Positions 49,983 to 59,919 of a stretch of 64,000 nt of DNA are shown piece by piece (positions within the stretch are counted from its first letter, which is position 1; each line of letters starts with the position of its first letter). The DNA comes from a virus. Lineage: Duplodnaviria; Caudoviricetes. A program made the translations under genes and the position numbers. The notes under the pieces were generated by a model. The model was not told the DNA's origin, searched no databases, and saw nothing but the letters and a program-made list of their open reading frames with translations. The stretch lies in IMG/VR virus record IMGVR_UViG_3300021400_000045, positions 52,013-116,012 of that record; one strand, written 5' to 3'.

Positions 49983-51476
49983 TCACGCCGTCTGGATATA
50001 GATATCACCATTGCTGCCCGAAGAACTCGAAGGCGCGGAGGAGCCTGAGTAGATCGTCTGAAAGGTCACCGTGCCTGTCACCGACGCGATCCTGTCGGGG
50101 TCATTGCTGTCGCCGACGGTCACCGTCGTGCCGCTTAAAATCTTGTCTGCGGAAAGCCCCGACACCTGTACAGCCTTGATCGTCTGCGCACCGGTCAGAT
50201 ACTGGCTGGCGCTGATCGTCTGGTCAGAGGTCGATGTATTGTACGTTGCCGCCGCCTTCGTCGTTACAGACGCCGTCAGGGATACAGTGCTGTTTCCTGC
50301 CGTGCCTGCGCTGATGTAGCCCGCTGTCGTTACGTTCGGCGTCACTGACACCGATTTCGATAACGTCAGCGTGTTCGTGCCGGTCGATACCGTCGCTAAC
50401 GTACCGCTGATAGAAGACGGCGCTGTTACCGATCCGTTCGGTGTCGCGCTGATCGTGTAGTATCCCCCGGCTGTGTTGTAGCCCGTCGGGATGTTGATAT
50501 ACTGCGCCGACGTACTGCGCCCGATGGTGGCCTTGTTTGTATAGCCGGACGTTGCAGAGCTTGAAGCCGTTGTCGGCAGTGTCATCGTCGATACGCTCTT
50601 CGATTGCTGGGTCGCGTAATAGCCTGCGGGCACGGTTACCGTCTGTGCCGACGCCGTCAGGTCGTCGCCGTCGCGCCGGGTCACGCTGGAGCCTACATAG
50701 GTAGTGCTGATAGCCCCGACCTTTACGTCGCCCAATGTATATTTGCCAGCGGCCACCGCCGTCTGCGCCGTTTCAGAAGGCGTGATGGTAGTGCCGCTCT
50801 GTGTCGTCAAACTTAATGTGTCGCTCGTCGTGCCTGCGGCGACATAGCCTGCCGTCTGTGTATGGCTGGCCGTTACCTTGCCCGTCGAAGAATCGAGCGA
50901 CAGGGTCGGCTTTCCATGTGTCGCGCTCGTCACAGCCTTGCTGGCCGCAGAGGCATAGTATCCAGCCGGTACAGATACCGTAGCGCCGGATACCGTCAGG
51001 TCTGTGGACGACTTACGCGCAACACCGGTGCCGACATAGGTTTTGCTGATGCCATTGATCTGTACCGAGCTTAAACCGCCGTAGCCCGTATCTGGCGTAA
51101 TGGTCTGGCTCGCCTCGGTCGGCGTGATGTCCGTTTTCGATTGTAAAGATATGCCAGCGCCGCCGGTCGCCGTACCGGTGATCGCTTCGCCTAGACTGTT
51201 ATGAGCTGTGTAGCCCGCCAGCAGCGTCGCCGGGGACACGGTGTCCCCAGCTAAGCTGACTGCGGAGATGACACGGTGGATGCCGCCGTGCTCATCAGGG
51301 GTATCTGTGATGGTGATGGCGCTGCCCTGTCCCGATATGATCTGAGCGATCAGTCCCGGCAGGTCATCGCTATTCGACCCCTGGGGGACGACTACACCTT
51401 TATTTGCTACGGCGCTCAATGAGTCCGTCACATTCTGTTGTATTCTGCTGATCTCTGAGGCTATGCTCATCTGCAC
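49983..51476 (-). CDS. Thr/Ser-rich repetitive fibre protein
   Basis: SIASEISRI N-terminus, PAGYY repeats and a GSNGDIYIQ C-terminus. Confidence 0.7.
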   Translation of the reverse strand: MQMSIASEISRIQQNVTDSLSAVANKGVVVPQGSNSDDLPGLIAQIISGQGSAITITDTPDEHGGIHRVISAVSLAGDTVSPATLLAGYTAHNSLGEAITGTATGGAGISLQSKTDITPTEASQTITPDTGYGGLSSVQINGISKTYVGTGVARKSSTDLTVSGATVSVPAGYYASAASKAVTSATHGKPTLSLDSSTGKVTASHTQTAGYVAAGTTSDTLSLTTQSGTTITPSETAQTAVAAGKYTLGDVKVGAISTTYVGSSVTRRDGDDLTASAQTVTVPAGYYATQQSKSVSTMTLPTTASSSATSGYTNKATIGRSTSAQYINIPTGYNTAGGYYTISATPNGSVTAPSSISGTLATVSTGTNTLTLSKSVSVTPNVTTAGYISAGTAGNSTVSLTASVTTKAAATYNTSTSDQTISASQYLTGAQTIKAVQVSGLSADKILSGTTVTVGDSNDPDRIASVTGTVTFQTIYSGSSAPSSSSGSNGDIYIQTA

Positions 51477-51510
51477 GCCACCTCCATTACTTATTCAATA
51501 TTTACTTTCC

Positions 51511-53322
51511 TCAAATGGCTTCAAGCGCTCTGAGGATGTCGTCCGTCAGTTCCACTGTGCCGCCCGTGGTATAACCGGCGGGGATGGCATAGCTCGTGGT
51601 CGTCAGGCCGTCAAAGCTGCCCATGATCGCGCCGTTGTTCGGCATCGTACCGGTGATGGCCACAGCAGAGCCATCGCTGATACTGTGCGCCTTGTAGCCA
51701 GCCAGCACCTGCGCCGCTGTGGCCGTGTCGCCCGTGGTGTTGCCCCAGTTCGTGGGGATCGGGTTCACGGTCACCTTGCTCAGCACTTTGCCAGCGGTGG
51801 GCGTGATGCTCTGGGTGGTCGTATTGGGCGTGGCCGTCTTCTGTTCCAGCACGATGCTGACCTTGCCAGCGCCGGAGTGTTTGCCCGCCGCGATGGTAAA
51901 GCTCTGGTTGCCGGTCGTGGCGTCCAGTGTCTGCGTGACCGTGCCGTTGTCGGCCATCGTACCGTTCACCACACTGCCGTCGGCGATAACGATCTTCTTG
52001 CCTTCCAGCACATCGCCCGCCGCCGCTGTGACAGCCGTCACGTCCTGATAGTCATCGGGGATCGCGTTGACGGTCACCCTGCTCAGTACCTTGCCCGCCG
52101 TCGGGGTGATGGTCTGTGCGCCCTTGGTCGGCGTCGCGCTCTTCTGTTCGAGCACGATGTTCACTGTGCCGCTTCCGTTGTGGTAGCCGATGGGCACTGT
52201 ATAGGTCTGGTTGTTCGCGGTCGCGTCCAGCGTCTTGCTGACAGCGCCGTTGTTCTGCATCGTACCGACGATCTCCACGGCCTTGCCGGTCGTCTCGTTA
52301 TAGCTGTGTGCGACCTTGCCGTCCAGCAGGTTTGCCGCCACGGCGTCGTCGCCCTCGGTGTTCGCAAAGTTGCTGGGGATGGGATCGACCACGACCTCGG
52401 ACAGCACCTTGCCCGTAGACGGGGCCACGGTCTGGCCGGTCGTCGCCGGTGTCACGCTCTTGCTCTCCAGGCTGATGCTCACCTTGCCGCTGCCCGAATG
52501 CTTGCCTGCGGGGATGGTGTAGGTCTGGTTGCCCGCGCTGGTGTCCAGCACCTGGTTCACGGTGCCGTTGTCCACCATCGTACCGGCGACCTCGCCGTCT
52601 GCCGTCACAATGGTCTTGCCCTCCAGCACGTCGCCTGCGCTGGCGTCCACGTTGGTGGTGTCCTGATACTGGTCAGGGATGGCCGCGATCTCCACCGCGC
52701 CCAGCACATTGCCGGAGGTCGGTGTGATCGTCTGCGGGGCCTTGGTGGGTTCGATGGTCTGGACTTCCAGGTTGATCTGTACCTTGCCGTTGCCGTTGTG
52801 GTAACCCTTGGGAATGGTGTATGTCTGGTTATTGCTGGTCGCGTCCAGTGTGCGGGTCACCGCGCCGTTGTTCGGCATCGTACCGGTCACAGACTCACCC
52901 GCCGCGTTCACGATGATCTTGCCGCCCAGCACATCGTCTGCCGTCGCGTTCACTGCGGATACGTTCTGGTAGGCCTCCGGGATAGCGGATACGGTCACGT
53001 CGCTCAGACCGTAGAAGCCGCTGTCGGGCGTTACGCTCTGCTGTGCCTTGGTGGGTGTGATGACCTTGCTCTGCAAGCTGTAGTTACCGCCGCCAGCCAC
53101 ACCGCTCACTGTACCAGAGCCGTTGTGGTAACCGGCAGGGATGGTATAGGTATCGCCTTCCTGTACTGTCGCGGATACTGCGCCTCGATTGGCGATACTG
53201 TCGACAGCAGTGGCCAGGACATCGAGCTTGTCTGTAGAGGCAGCCAGCCCAAGGTCTATCATTTTGTCGCGAATAGTGTTTCTCGCCGATGTCAACCGGG
53301 AGATCTCAGTTGCTGTACTCAA
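51511..53322 (-). CDS. Repetitive fibre protein with about five to six ~95-aa repeats
   Basis: GTM.NNG.V...LD...NQTYTIP.G.H.G.G.V...TP..GKVLS.V repeats. Confidence 0.75.
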   Translation of the reverse strand: MSTATEISRLTSARNTIRDKMIDLGLAASTDKLDVLATAVDSIANRGAVSATVQEGDTYTIPAGYHNGSGTVSGVAGGGNYSLQSKVITPTKAQQSVTPDSGFYGLSDVTVSAIPEAYQNVSAVNATADDVLGGKIIVNAAGESVTGTMPNNGAVTRTLDATSNNQTYTIPKGYHNGNGKVQINLEVQTIEPTKAPQTITPTSGNVLGAVEIAAIPDQYQDTTNVDASAGDVLEGKTIVTADGEVAGTMVDNGTVNQVLDTSAGNQTYTIPAGKHSGSGKVSISLESKSVTPATTGQTVAPSTGKVLSEVVVDPIPSNFANTEGDDAVAANLLDGKVAHSYNETTGKAVEIVGTMQNNGAVSKTLDATANNQTYTVPIGYHNGSGTVNIVLEQKSATPTKGAQTITPTAGKVLSRVTVNAIPDDYQDVTAVTAAAGDVLEGKKIVIADGSVVNGTMADNGTVTQTLDATTGNQSFTIAAGKHSGAGKVSIVLEQKTATPNTTTQSITPTAGKVLSKVTVNPIPTNWGNTTGDTATAAQVLAGYKAHSISDGSAVAITGTMPNNGAIMGSFDGLTTTSYAIPAGYTTGGTVELTDDILRALEAI

Positions 53323-53336
53323 TGTACCTCATCTCC

Positions 53337-53687
53337 TTATATTGTTCTGAGTAATGCGTTGATGTTACCTATTTCAAGATACACTGCCGCCGCAGTGATA
53401 GGCCTTGTGTTGTCCTCTTCAGCCGAGTCCGCCGGGGTCACCCATTCCGCTCCGCTGTTTGTCCCGCTCCGCTTGGTCAGCACGTCGCCGTCCTTCCCGC
53501 CGTCGGGGAATTGCGCGTCCGCCGCCAGGTGCAGGTCTTCAGAGGTCAGGTCGCCGATCAGCGTTACCCCGTTGATCTTGGGTTTGTTGCCGAGTAAGTT
53601 GTAGTTCCGTGTGCCGGGTGATGGGGTCGCAGTCACAAGCTCGAACTGTTCTCCGGCGTTGAGCGTTACGTTCAGTCTGTCCGCCAT
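53337..53687 (-). CDS. Hypothetical tail-associated protein
   Basis: Y..L.NKP.INGVTLIG motif. Confidence 0.6.
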   Translation of the reverse strand: MADRLNVTLNAGEQFELVTATPSPGTRNYNLLGNKPKINGVTLIGDLTSEDLHLAADAQFPDGGKDGDVLTKRSGTNSGAEWVTPADSAEEDNTRPITAAAVYLEIGNINALLRTI

Positions 53688-53689
53688 CG

Positions 53690-54106
53690 TTATTCGTTCG
53701 CCCTGTGGGTCGCTTCGTTCGTGAGCGTCAGCGTGCCGACAAACGTCTGCTTGATGTCAGTGCCCGCCAGCAGCTGGATGTCGAACACGTACGACCCGAA
53801 CTTGAGGTTGTCTGTGTCTTCGGGCTCGATCACGAACTGGTAGACCCCATCATCCATCAGCTCGATCGTCCCTTCAGACAGCCGCTTCTGAAACAAGTAT
53901 TCCGTTTTGTTATAGTTGGTTTTCACAGTAAAGTAGATCTCGTCGAACGTCCCCTCGTACTGTGTGTTGTCTTCGTCTCTGTTGTGCACTGTAAAGTATA
54001 CGGGGCGGATATCCCCTCTGGGCATACTGATCGACATGCTCTCACTGGCACTGCTGGTGCCGGAGTAATCCACTGCCGAAGTACTATCCATATACCACTC
54101 ACTCAC
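53690..54106 (-). CDS. BppU-like baseplate upper N-terminal domain protein
   Basis: RGD, FTVK, I.PEDT..L..G.Y.FDIQ pattern. Confidence 0.55.
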   Translation of the reverse strand: MSEWYMDSTSAVDYSGTSSASESMSISMPRGDIRPVYFTVHNRDEDNTQYEGTFDEIYFTVKTNYNKTEYLFQKRLSEGTIELMDDGVYQFVIEPEDTDNLKFGSYVFDIQLLAGTDIKQTFVGTLTLTNEATHRANE

Positions 54107-54151
54107 AGGACATCATCTCCTATCTTGGGCATACCCATGCCTCCTTGTTCG

Positions 54152-55369
54152 TTATTCTGCTTCGCAGACAAATACCGTCTTCACGTCTACGTCGTCGCTG
54201 GTGATATGGATGACCTTGCCCGTGGCAAACGGGCTCCCGTTGTCCAGCGCTTCTCCGTCCTTGTTGCGTCTGTACCATGTGTATGTCTTGCTGTGCTTGT
54301 ATCGTGCGTCGTTGGTCACGTCAGCGTAGGCCGAGCCGTTGGCCGAGCGCATCAGCTTGGTCTCAGGCCGGTTCCCCTGTATCTGGTAGTAGTACTTCTC
54401 CCCGCTGGATGCCGTTGACGGGGCCGCGCCCGCTGTCGCGTAGGTCGTGCTCTTCAGCCCGTCCACTTCCTGCCCGTTCTGCCATAGTCTTGCGATCAGG
54501 CAGGTCTGCCCAGACGCGTTCTTGAACACGGTTCCGGCGGTCGAGTCAAGCGTCAGCTGATAGTTGTCCGTCTTGTCGATCAGTGTGATGATGTCTGTGT
54601 ACACCGCACCGCCGGTCTTCGGGTACTGCATCTCGCACTTGTAGCTGGCCTCTGATGGCACCTCGCTGGCGTACACGGTCAGCGTATCCCCGTTCACCGC
54701 GTACTTGTTCGCCGCTGTCGAAAGGGCCTTCCATGTGCCGCCATCATACTTGTACCAGTAGAAGTTAGCATTGCTCTTCGCGATCACGCTCGCGCCGTCG
54801 TACGCCTGCGCCTGTATGGTTTTCGTGCCCATGCCGTTCACAAACACGGTGCCTTCCGGCGCGTACAGGCTGAACACTACCGAGTTCTCGCCGCTGTTGA
54901 TCAGCACAAAGCTGATCTCTGCGGTGGCCGTCACAGTTGCGCCCATATAAGTGTCATTGTAGCTCACGTTTGCGATATAGGTGATCATCTGTGACGCGGC
55001 CTCGTACAGCTTGTTGTTCCTCACAGTCAGCACATTTCGTGCCACACTCTCGCCTGTCACCAGCGCACTGCCCGCCGCGTTCGCGTCCGTGCCTTCGCGT
55101 CTGGTATAGGTGATGGTCAGGTTCGAGTTGTTCAGCGCTATGTTCTCGCCCTCCTCGTACACCACTGGCGTGATCACCAGATACGGTGACGCCGACCAGT
55201 CCGGTACGAAGGGCGATGCGCTGTTCCCGTTGTTCATCACCTGCGTCCGGGGCAGATTGCTCCCCAGATAAACAGAAAGCGACTTGCCGTCTGACAAGTC
55301 GATGATTGTTTTTGAACCGGTGGCTATAATCGTGCTCGCCATAATCACACCTCCATGACCAGTTCGCAA
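54152..55369 (-). CDS. Tail structural protein with Ig-like domains
   Basis: TIIDLSDG, PDWS and Y.WY beta-sandwich motifs. The start is probably MASTI at about 55342. Confidence 0.55.
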   Translation of the reverse strand: MRTGHGGVIMASTIIATGSKTIIDLSDGKSLSVYLGSNLPRTQVMNNGNSASPFVPDWSASPYLVITPVVYEEGENIALNNSNLTITYTRREGTDANAAGSALVTGESVARNVLTVRNNKLYEAASQMITYIANVSYNDTYMGATVTATAEISFVLINSGENSVVFSLYAPEGTVFVNGMGTKTIQAQAYDGASVIAKSNANFYWYKYDGGTWKALSTAANKYAVNGDTLTVYASEVPSEASYKCEMQYPKTGGAVYTDIITLIDKTDNYQLTLDSTAGTVFKNASGQTCLIARLWQNGQEVDGLKSTTYATAGAAPSTASSGEKYYYQIQGNRPETKLMRSANGSAYADVTNDARYKHSKTYTWYRRNKDGEALDNGSPFATGKVIHITSDDVDVKTVFVCEAE

Positions 55370-56646
55370 TTATAGGTCGCACTGTACACCACATCTTGCG
55401 TATTCACTGTAATACTCTTCATTGCTTTGTGCTGATTGTTCCATCGGGTGTCGGCAGTCTTGTCGTTTGACACGCGCTTCCAGTTGAAGTTCGAGTTTCT
55501 GAATGTATCGGTCACGTCCTGGTTCCCTTTCCATACCTTGGCTGTCAGCGTCGTGCTCGGCACATCGCGGGAGATGACGTCCGTCGTGGACACGATCTCA
55601 ACCCTGTACCCGATCGAGCTGTCGATGGCGCTTTGGAAGGTTTCCGAGCGTGTTACCTTTGCCGCGATGCTGTCGTCGCTCATGTTGAGCACGGCGTTCT
55701 GCGCCTGTCCCTGTACCGACAGCGCCAGCTTTGACCCGCTGGTGATCTCCGTAGCGTTGATCGCGTTGATGGTTGCCTCCCGCGCAAACAGGTCACTGAC
55801 ACTGATGTTCTTGGCGATCAGTTCGTTCACCAGTGCACTGTTCGCAAAGATGTCCTGTGCGTTCAATCGTGATACTGTGATGCTGTTTTCGATGATCTTT
55901 GTCGCGCCGTCGATAGAGTTGTCCGCGATGTCGCCGTTGCTGATCTCCTTCTTGGTCGTCACGATCTCGCCGTTCTCATCGACAGACACTGAGTAGAAGT
56001 GGCCGTCTTCACCCTTCACCATCAGCTCGCCGACCGTCAGTGATACCATGTTGGCTTCTGTGACGGCCAGATCCCTGACATACAGTTCGCCGTTGACGCC
56101 CTTGGTGATGATACTGTTCTCGCCCACCAGGTTCTGTACTTCCGCCCAGTTGATGTTTGCCCAGTTGATGTTGGCTGTGCCGATGGCCGCTTTGCCAATA
56201 TTGCTCACGGCGATCTTTGCTACCTCGGCCTCCAGGTCGCGGATCTTTGCGGCGTCAATGGTCGCCTTCCCAATCTCAGCGCTCGCGATCTGTGCGATGG
56301 ACGCCTTCAGGTTGTTCACGTCTGCTTCGTCGATGGTGATATTCTTGACCACCAGCCCGACGTTCTCGTCGAACTTCACGATCTGGTCGATGTTGATACT
56401 GCTGTTGCTGATCGCGTCGGCAATGGCCTGGTTCAGGCCGATGACACCATCCGCTGTCACCGTACCGCCGATGCCGCCTCCGCCCCCGCCGATACTTGAT
56501 GTATCTCCGCTGATCATGGACGCGTCGATGTTCGTGCTCGACACCAGCCCCGGCACCTTGGCCGCGATCAGCTTCATACATGTATTGACGATCTGTTGAG
56601 CAAGCGCTTTCACAACATCGCTGTAATTATCTGCCGCCATGCTCAA
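55345..56646 (-). CDS. Tail spike/minor tail protein
   Basis: A.I..A.I repeats and F.WKRVS....D..WN. Confidence 0.55.
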   Translation of the reverse strand: MSMAADNYSDVVKALAQQIVNTCMKLIAAKVPGLVSSTNIDASMISGDTSSIGGGGGGIGGTVTADGVIGLNQAIADAISNSSINIDQIVKFDENVGLVVKNITIDEADVNNLKASIAQIASAEIGKATIDAAKIRDLEAEVAKIAVSNIGKAAIGTANINWANINWAEVQNLVGENSIITKGVNGELYVRDLAVTEANMVSLTVGELMVKGEDGHFYSVSVDENGEIVTTKKEISNGDIADNSIDGATKIIENSITVSRLNAQDIFANSALVNELIAKNISVSDLFAREATINAINATEITSGSKLALSVQGQAQNAVLNMSDDSIAAKVTRSETFQSAIDSSIGYRVEIVSTTDVISRDVPSTTLTAKVWKGNQDVTDTFRNSNFNWKRVSNDKTADTRWNNQHKAMKSITVNTQDVVYSATYNCELVMEV

Positions 56647-57145
56647 CCACCTCCGTCATTGTCTTGATGTCGTATCGTTCGTTTACCTTCAGGGCCTTGG
56701 TCGGCACCCGCCAGCCCACCGTCGCCGCGTCCTTCGCGTTGATGGACTTCTTCTCAAGCCCGTCCGTCAGCGTCTTGAACGCTTTGATGGGCAGACACCA
56801 CGTCTCGCCCGCGTCCCTGAAGTTGATCACCAGACAGGGGTATACGTTGTCATGCTCTGCCGCTTCGCACAGCCCCAGTATCTGGTGCTTCTTGATTTCA
56901 AATGTATGCTTCTTTCCGTCATGCTCAAAGTCTTCCCGCCAGAAGGTGATCGACTTGGCGCATGTCTTCAGCTCGATACAGTGCAATCCTGTACCGGTGT
57001 ATATCAAACAGTCGTACGGGTTGTTAGGCGAATACTTGGAAGCTCCTCCCGTCCACCCGACCGCTGGGTCTTTCAGCCTTAGATAGTAGAAGTCTCCGGG
57101 GACGGACTTCTTGAAGTTCTGCTCAAATATTTTGCCTGTGTTCAC
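56627..57145 (-). CDS. recU: RecU-like Holliday junction resolvase
   Basis: GK.FE..F, PYD, IELKT and IK.HQI..L motifs; GTG start at 57145. Confidence 0.75.
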   Translation of the reverse strand: MNTGKIFEQNFKKSVPGDFYYLRLKDPAVGWTGGASKYSPNNPYDCLIYTGTGLHCIELKTCAKSITFWREDFEHDGKKHTFEIKKHQILGLCEAAEHDNVYPCLVINFRDAGETWCLPIKAFKTLTDGLEKKSINAKDAATVGWRVPTKALKVNERYDIKTMTEVVEHGGR

Positions 57146-57230
57146 AAGCCCATCTCCTTTCATGCGAAAAGGAGGACTGCAGCAAAGCACAGTCCTCCCC
57201 GGTATATCTTCCGTTACATCCGAGGATTCC

Positions 57231-57719
57231 TCAACGATGTCTCTTGTATTGCTGTGAGTTCTGCTTACCCACCACTTTATCTCTATAATTCCCGTTATAA
57301 TAATTCTGCTTGTTCGCAGGCTTCGTCTCTGCTTTCTTCTCTGGTTCAGCCGCCTTTGTCTCCGCAGGCTTGTCCTTCACCAGCGCCAGGTTCGGCATCT
57401 GCTGATGCTCGTCCACCGGCTCTTCCTTTACTTCTTCCTCTTCCTTCGGTTCGCCGATCAGGGCGATGATCGTTTCGTAAGAGGGAGACGCAGTCCACGT
57501 ATTGGCCTTCGCGTCCGTCAGAATTTTTTTGATGCCTTCCTCGCTCATCTGGCCGTAGGTATACTGCCACATCGCCAGAAAAACGTCGTAATGTTCTGCG
57601 GTACAGGCTACTGCACGCCACGTCTTTCCGATCTTGGCATCGCATGTATCACACGCAAAGTACGGTTTACCGCAGATACGGCAAGTATGGTTTGGCTCAC
57701 CATGTCTCATACCGCACAA
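57231..57719 (-). CDS. Zn-finger-containing hypothetical protein
   Basis: CRIC..CDTC..C...H. Confidence 0.6.
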   Translation of the reverse strand: MCGMRHGEPNHTCRICGKPYFACDTCDAKIGKTWRAVACTAEHYDVFLAMWQYTYGQMSEEGIKKILTDAKANTWTASPSYETIIALIGEPKEEEEVKEEPVDEHQQMPNLALVKDKPAETKAAEPEKKAETKPANKQNYYNGNYRDKVVGKQNSQQYKRHR

Positions 57720-57773
57720 CCTCCAAATAAGACCCCGCCGTGACGGCTCGCATCACGGCAGGGAATGATCTAC

Positions 57774-58589
57774 TTACTGTTCAGGCACAGTGACCGTGAA
57801 CAGCTTCTTCTCGTGGTCGCAGTAGTCCTGCATGCAGCGCAGCGTGAACGGATGCTGACCATCGGTCGTCAGATTGATGTCGAACTCAGAAGACAGCTTC
57901 GCGGCCGGGAAGTCGATGTACGCATAGTACTTGGTGGTGATGTCGCAGGTGTCGTGGCCCAGAACTTCGAGCAGGAAGCGGCCAGCATCCGGGAAGTTCA
58001 CGGCGTCAGCCTGCGCCTGCACAGCGCCATTGCCCTCAGAGCCGTCGGCAACATAGGTGTAGAAAGCCAGCACCTTGGTGTCGGTGGTCACATTGGTGGG
58101 CGGGGTGATGGTCTTGGAAGCCGCGTTCACGGTGAAGGTATTGGTGCCAGCGGTAGAGCCGACTTCATACTTCGTACCGAGGGTGCCATCGGGGTTCACC
58201 ACATACAGGTGGGAAACTTCAGCACCGGCGGTGCCAACAGGCACATGCTTCAGCTGGGCGGTCACGCCATTCTTGATGGTCAGTTCCTCGGACACAGTCA
58301 CCTGAATGGTGTTCTGCGCGTCGGCAACCTTCTTCTGGGTACCGCTCTGAGCCGCCAGCAGGCCCAGGTCGAACAGCGCGTTGGAGGCGCTGAACTCGCA
58401 CTGCTTGTTGCGTTCAAACGTCATGATCGGGATACCGATAGCGTCAACGGCGTCCTCGGTGTCCGCAGTCATATTGAGGGAAGGGTCAGTGATCTGGGTC
58501 AGAGTCCAGAGCAGGTCAAAGGTGCCCTTCTTGAACATCGTGCCGCGAATGGCGCGGTCGATAACAAAAGAAGAAATATCAAATGCCAT
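57774..58589 (-). CDS. Major tail protein
   Basis: Position, size, strong codon bias, and a hairpin directly downstream. Confidence 0.7.
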   Translation of the reverse strand: MAFDISSFVIDRAIRGTMFKKGTFDLLWTLTQITDPSLNMTADTEDAVDAIGIPIMTFERNKQCEFSASNALFDLGLLAAQSGTQKKVADAQNTIQVTVSEELTIKNGVTAQLKHVPVGTAGAEVSHLYVVNPDGTLGTKYEVGSTAGTNTFTVNAASKTITPPTNVTTDTKVLAFYTYVADGSEGNGAVQAQADAVNFPDAGRFLLEVLGHDTCDITTKYYAYIDFPAAKLSSEFDINLTTDGQHPFTLRCMQDYCDHEKKLFTVTVPEQ

Positions 58590-58661
58590 AGTTCTCTCAT
58601 CCTTTCTAAATATTTTGCTAACAAAAAAGCGCCGGTTTCTCCAGCGCTGTTGTTGCCTTCA

Positions 58662-59441
58662 TCAGGCTTTGCCATCATACAGGTCTCTGAGTCCGTCCAG
58701 ATACTTCTTCTGTATCTTGTCCGGGTTCAGCTTGCCTGCGTAGATGCCGTTCAGTAACAGGTTTGACGAGTTGATCGTGCAGATGCGCTTGACGCTGTCA
58801 AAGAAAGGGAAGATGTGCATATCGTTCATTTCGTTGACGCCGGACTTGCTGCCGCCGCTGTTCGCCAGAAATGATGCCAGTGGCATCAGCGTACTCTTGT
58901 ACGGCTTGTCCTTAATGCGCTGTTTGATCATCCTGTCTTCTTCAATCATGAACCTCCGCGTCGTCTGGTTACCGGCAAACTCAGGCGTCTTCTTGATTCC
59001 GTGTATCGTAGATACATAATTGAAGATGTGGCTGTACAGCCATACGTCTATCTTCAGACCGGTCTTTTCGTTGTACAAGCAGTACTGGTCGTTGGTCACC
59101 TGCCTGTACCAGCCGAACTGTGTGAAGTCGATATCTCCAAACAGTATCCGCGTACGCTCTACAGGCAGTGAGCACATACAGGACTTGAACATCTCGAAGT
59201 CCTGCACGTCTCCCCAGTACACACCGTTGTCGTCCAGCTCTGACTTCATGTCAGATGAGATGATGGTCACCATGTTGACAAGTCCCCAGTAGTCCCTCTC
59301 CCCATAGCTGACGATCTCGCCCACAGTGGGCTGATGTACCGTGATCCGGTCGTTCACCTGGTAATCCCGCCCGAAGTATGCGGCGGCGTAGTCGATGGGT
59401 TCAACCGGCAGTCTATCTGACGAGCGCGTCTCCATAGACAT
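58662..59441 (-). CDS. Hypothetical tail-assembly protein
   Basis: In-operon ORF with ITVHQPTVGEI..GE..Y and GIYAG. Confidence 0.5.
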   Translation of the reverse strand: MSMETRSSDRLPVEPIDYAAAYFGRDYQVNDRITVHQPTVGEIVSYGERDYWGLVNMVTIISSDMKSELDDNGVYWGDVQDFEMFKSCMCSLPVERTRILFGDIDFTQFGWYRQVTNDQYCLYNEKTGLKIDVWLYSHIFNYVSTIHGIKKTPEFAGNQTTRRFMIEEDRMIKQRIKDKPYKSTLMPLASFLANSGGSKSGVNEMNDMHIFPFFDSVKRICTINSSNLLLNGIYAGKLNPDKIQKKYLDGLRDLYDGKA

Positions 59442-59919
59442 TCCAGCCTTTCACCCTATACACCATATCCTTCGTGCGTTGGTCTGTTGAAAAGACTATT
59501 CGGTAACCCTCCCTCGGTTCCAGCTTCTGAAAGCCGAAGTCGGTCGAATTGTTGATCAAAGCATCAATGCGCGAGCACAACAGGTCACGGCGTATCTGTC
59601 CGCGCCCGTTCTCGTCAATGAAGTTCATGAAGTTTTTGTGTACGCTCACATAAATATGCAGGTCAAAGTTCCTCGCCGTGGGGCTTGTCGCAAACTGCTC
59701 ATCGATCTCGATGCAGATCATCGCCTTCGATTCTTTGATCGTGTCATCAATGTAGTCGTACAGAAAAACATTCTTGCCGATCAGGTCGGCGGCGGGCAGC
59801 TTCCTGCCTTTCTCACCGGTCAGGAGCTCCACGCACATCTCATCGTTCACAATGAGGTTGGCAAGCCGCCGCTTGAATTCCGTAAACTCACTCAGAAAAG
59901 GCATAATACCCTCCATCAA
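59413..59919 (-). CDS. Putative tail terminator/neck protein
   Basis: Position in the head-tail cluster; R.DLL...ID.L.N motif. Confidence 0.45.
   Translation of the reverse strand: MMEGIMPFLSEFTEFKRRLANLIVNDEMCVELLTGEKGRKLPAADLIGKNVFLYDYIDDTIKESKAMICIEIDEQFATSPTARNFDLHIYVSVHKNFMNFIDENGRGQIRRDLLCSRIDALINNSTDFGFQKLEPREGYRIVFSTDQRTKDMVYRVKGWNVYGDALVR

Noticed and set aside
51463-53604. 713-aa plus-strand ORF
   Set aside because: Antisense shadow of the GC-rich repetitive fibre gene, with no protein motifs.
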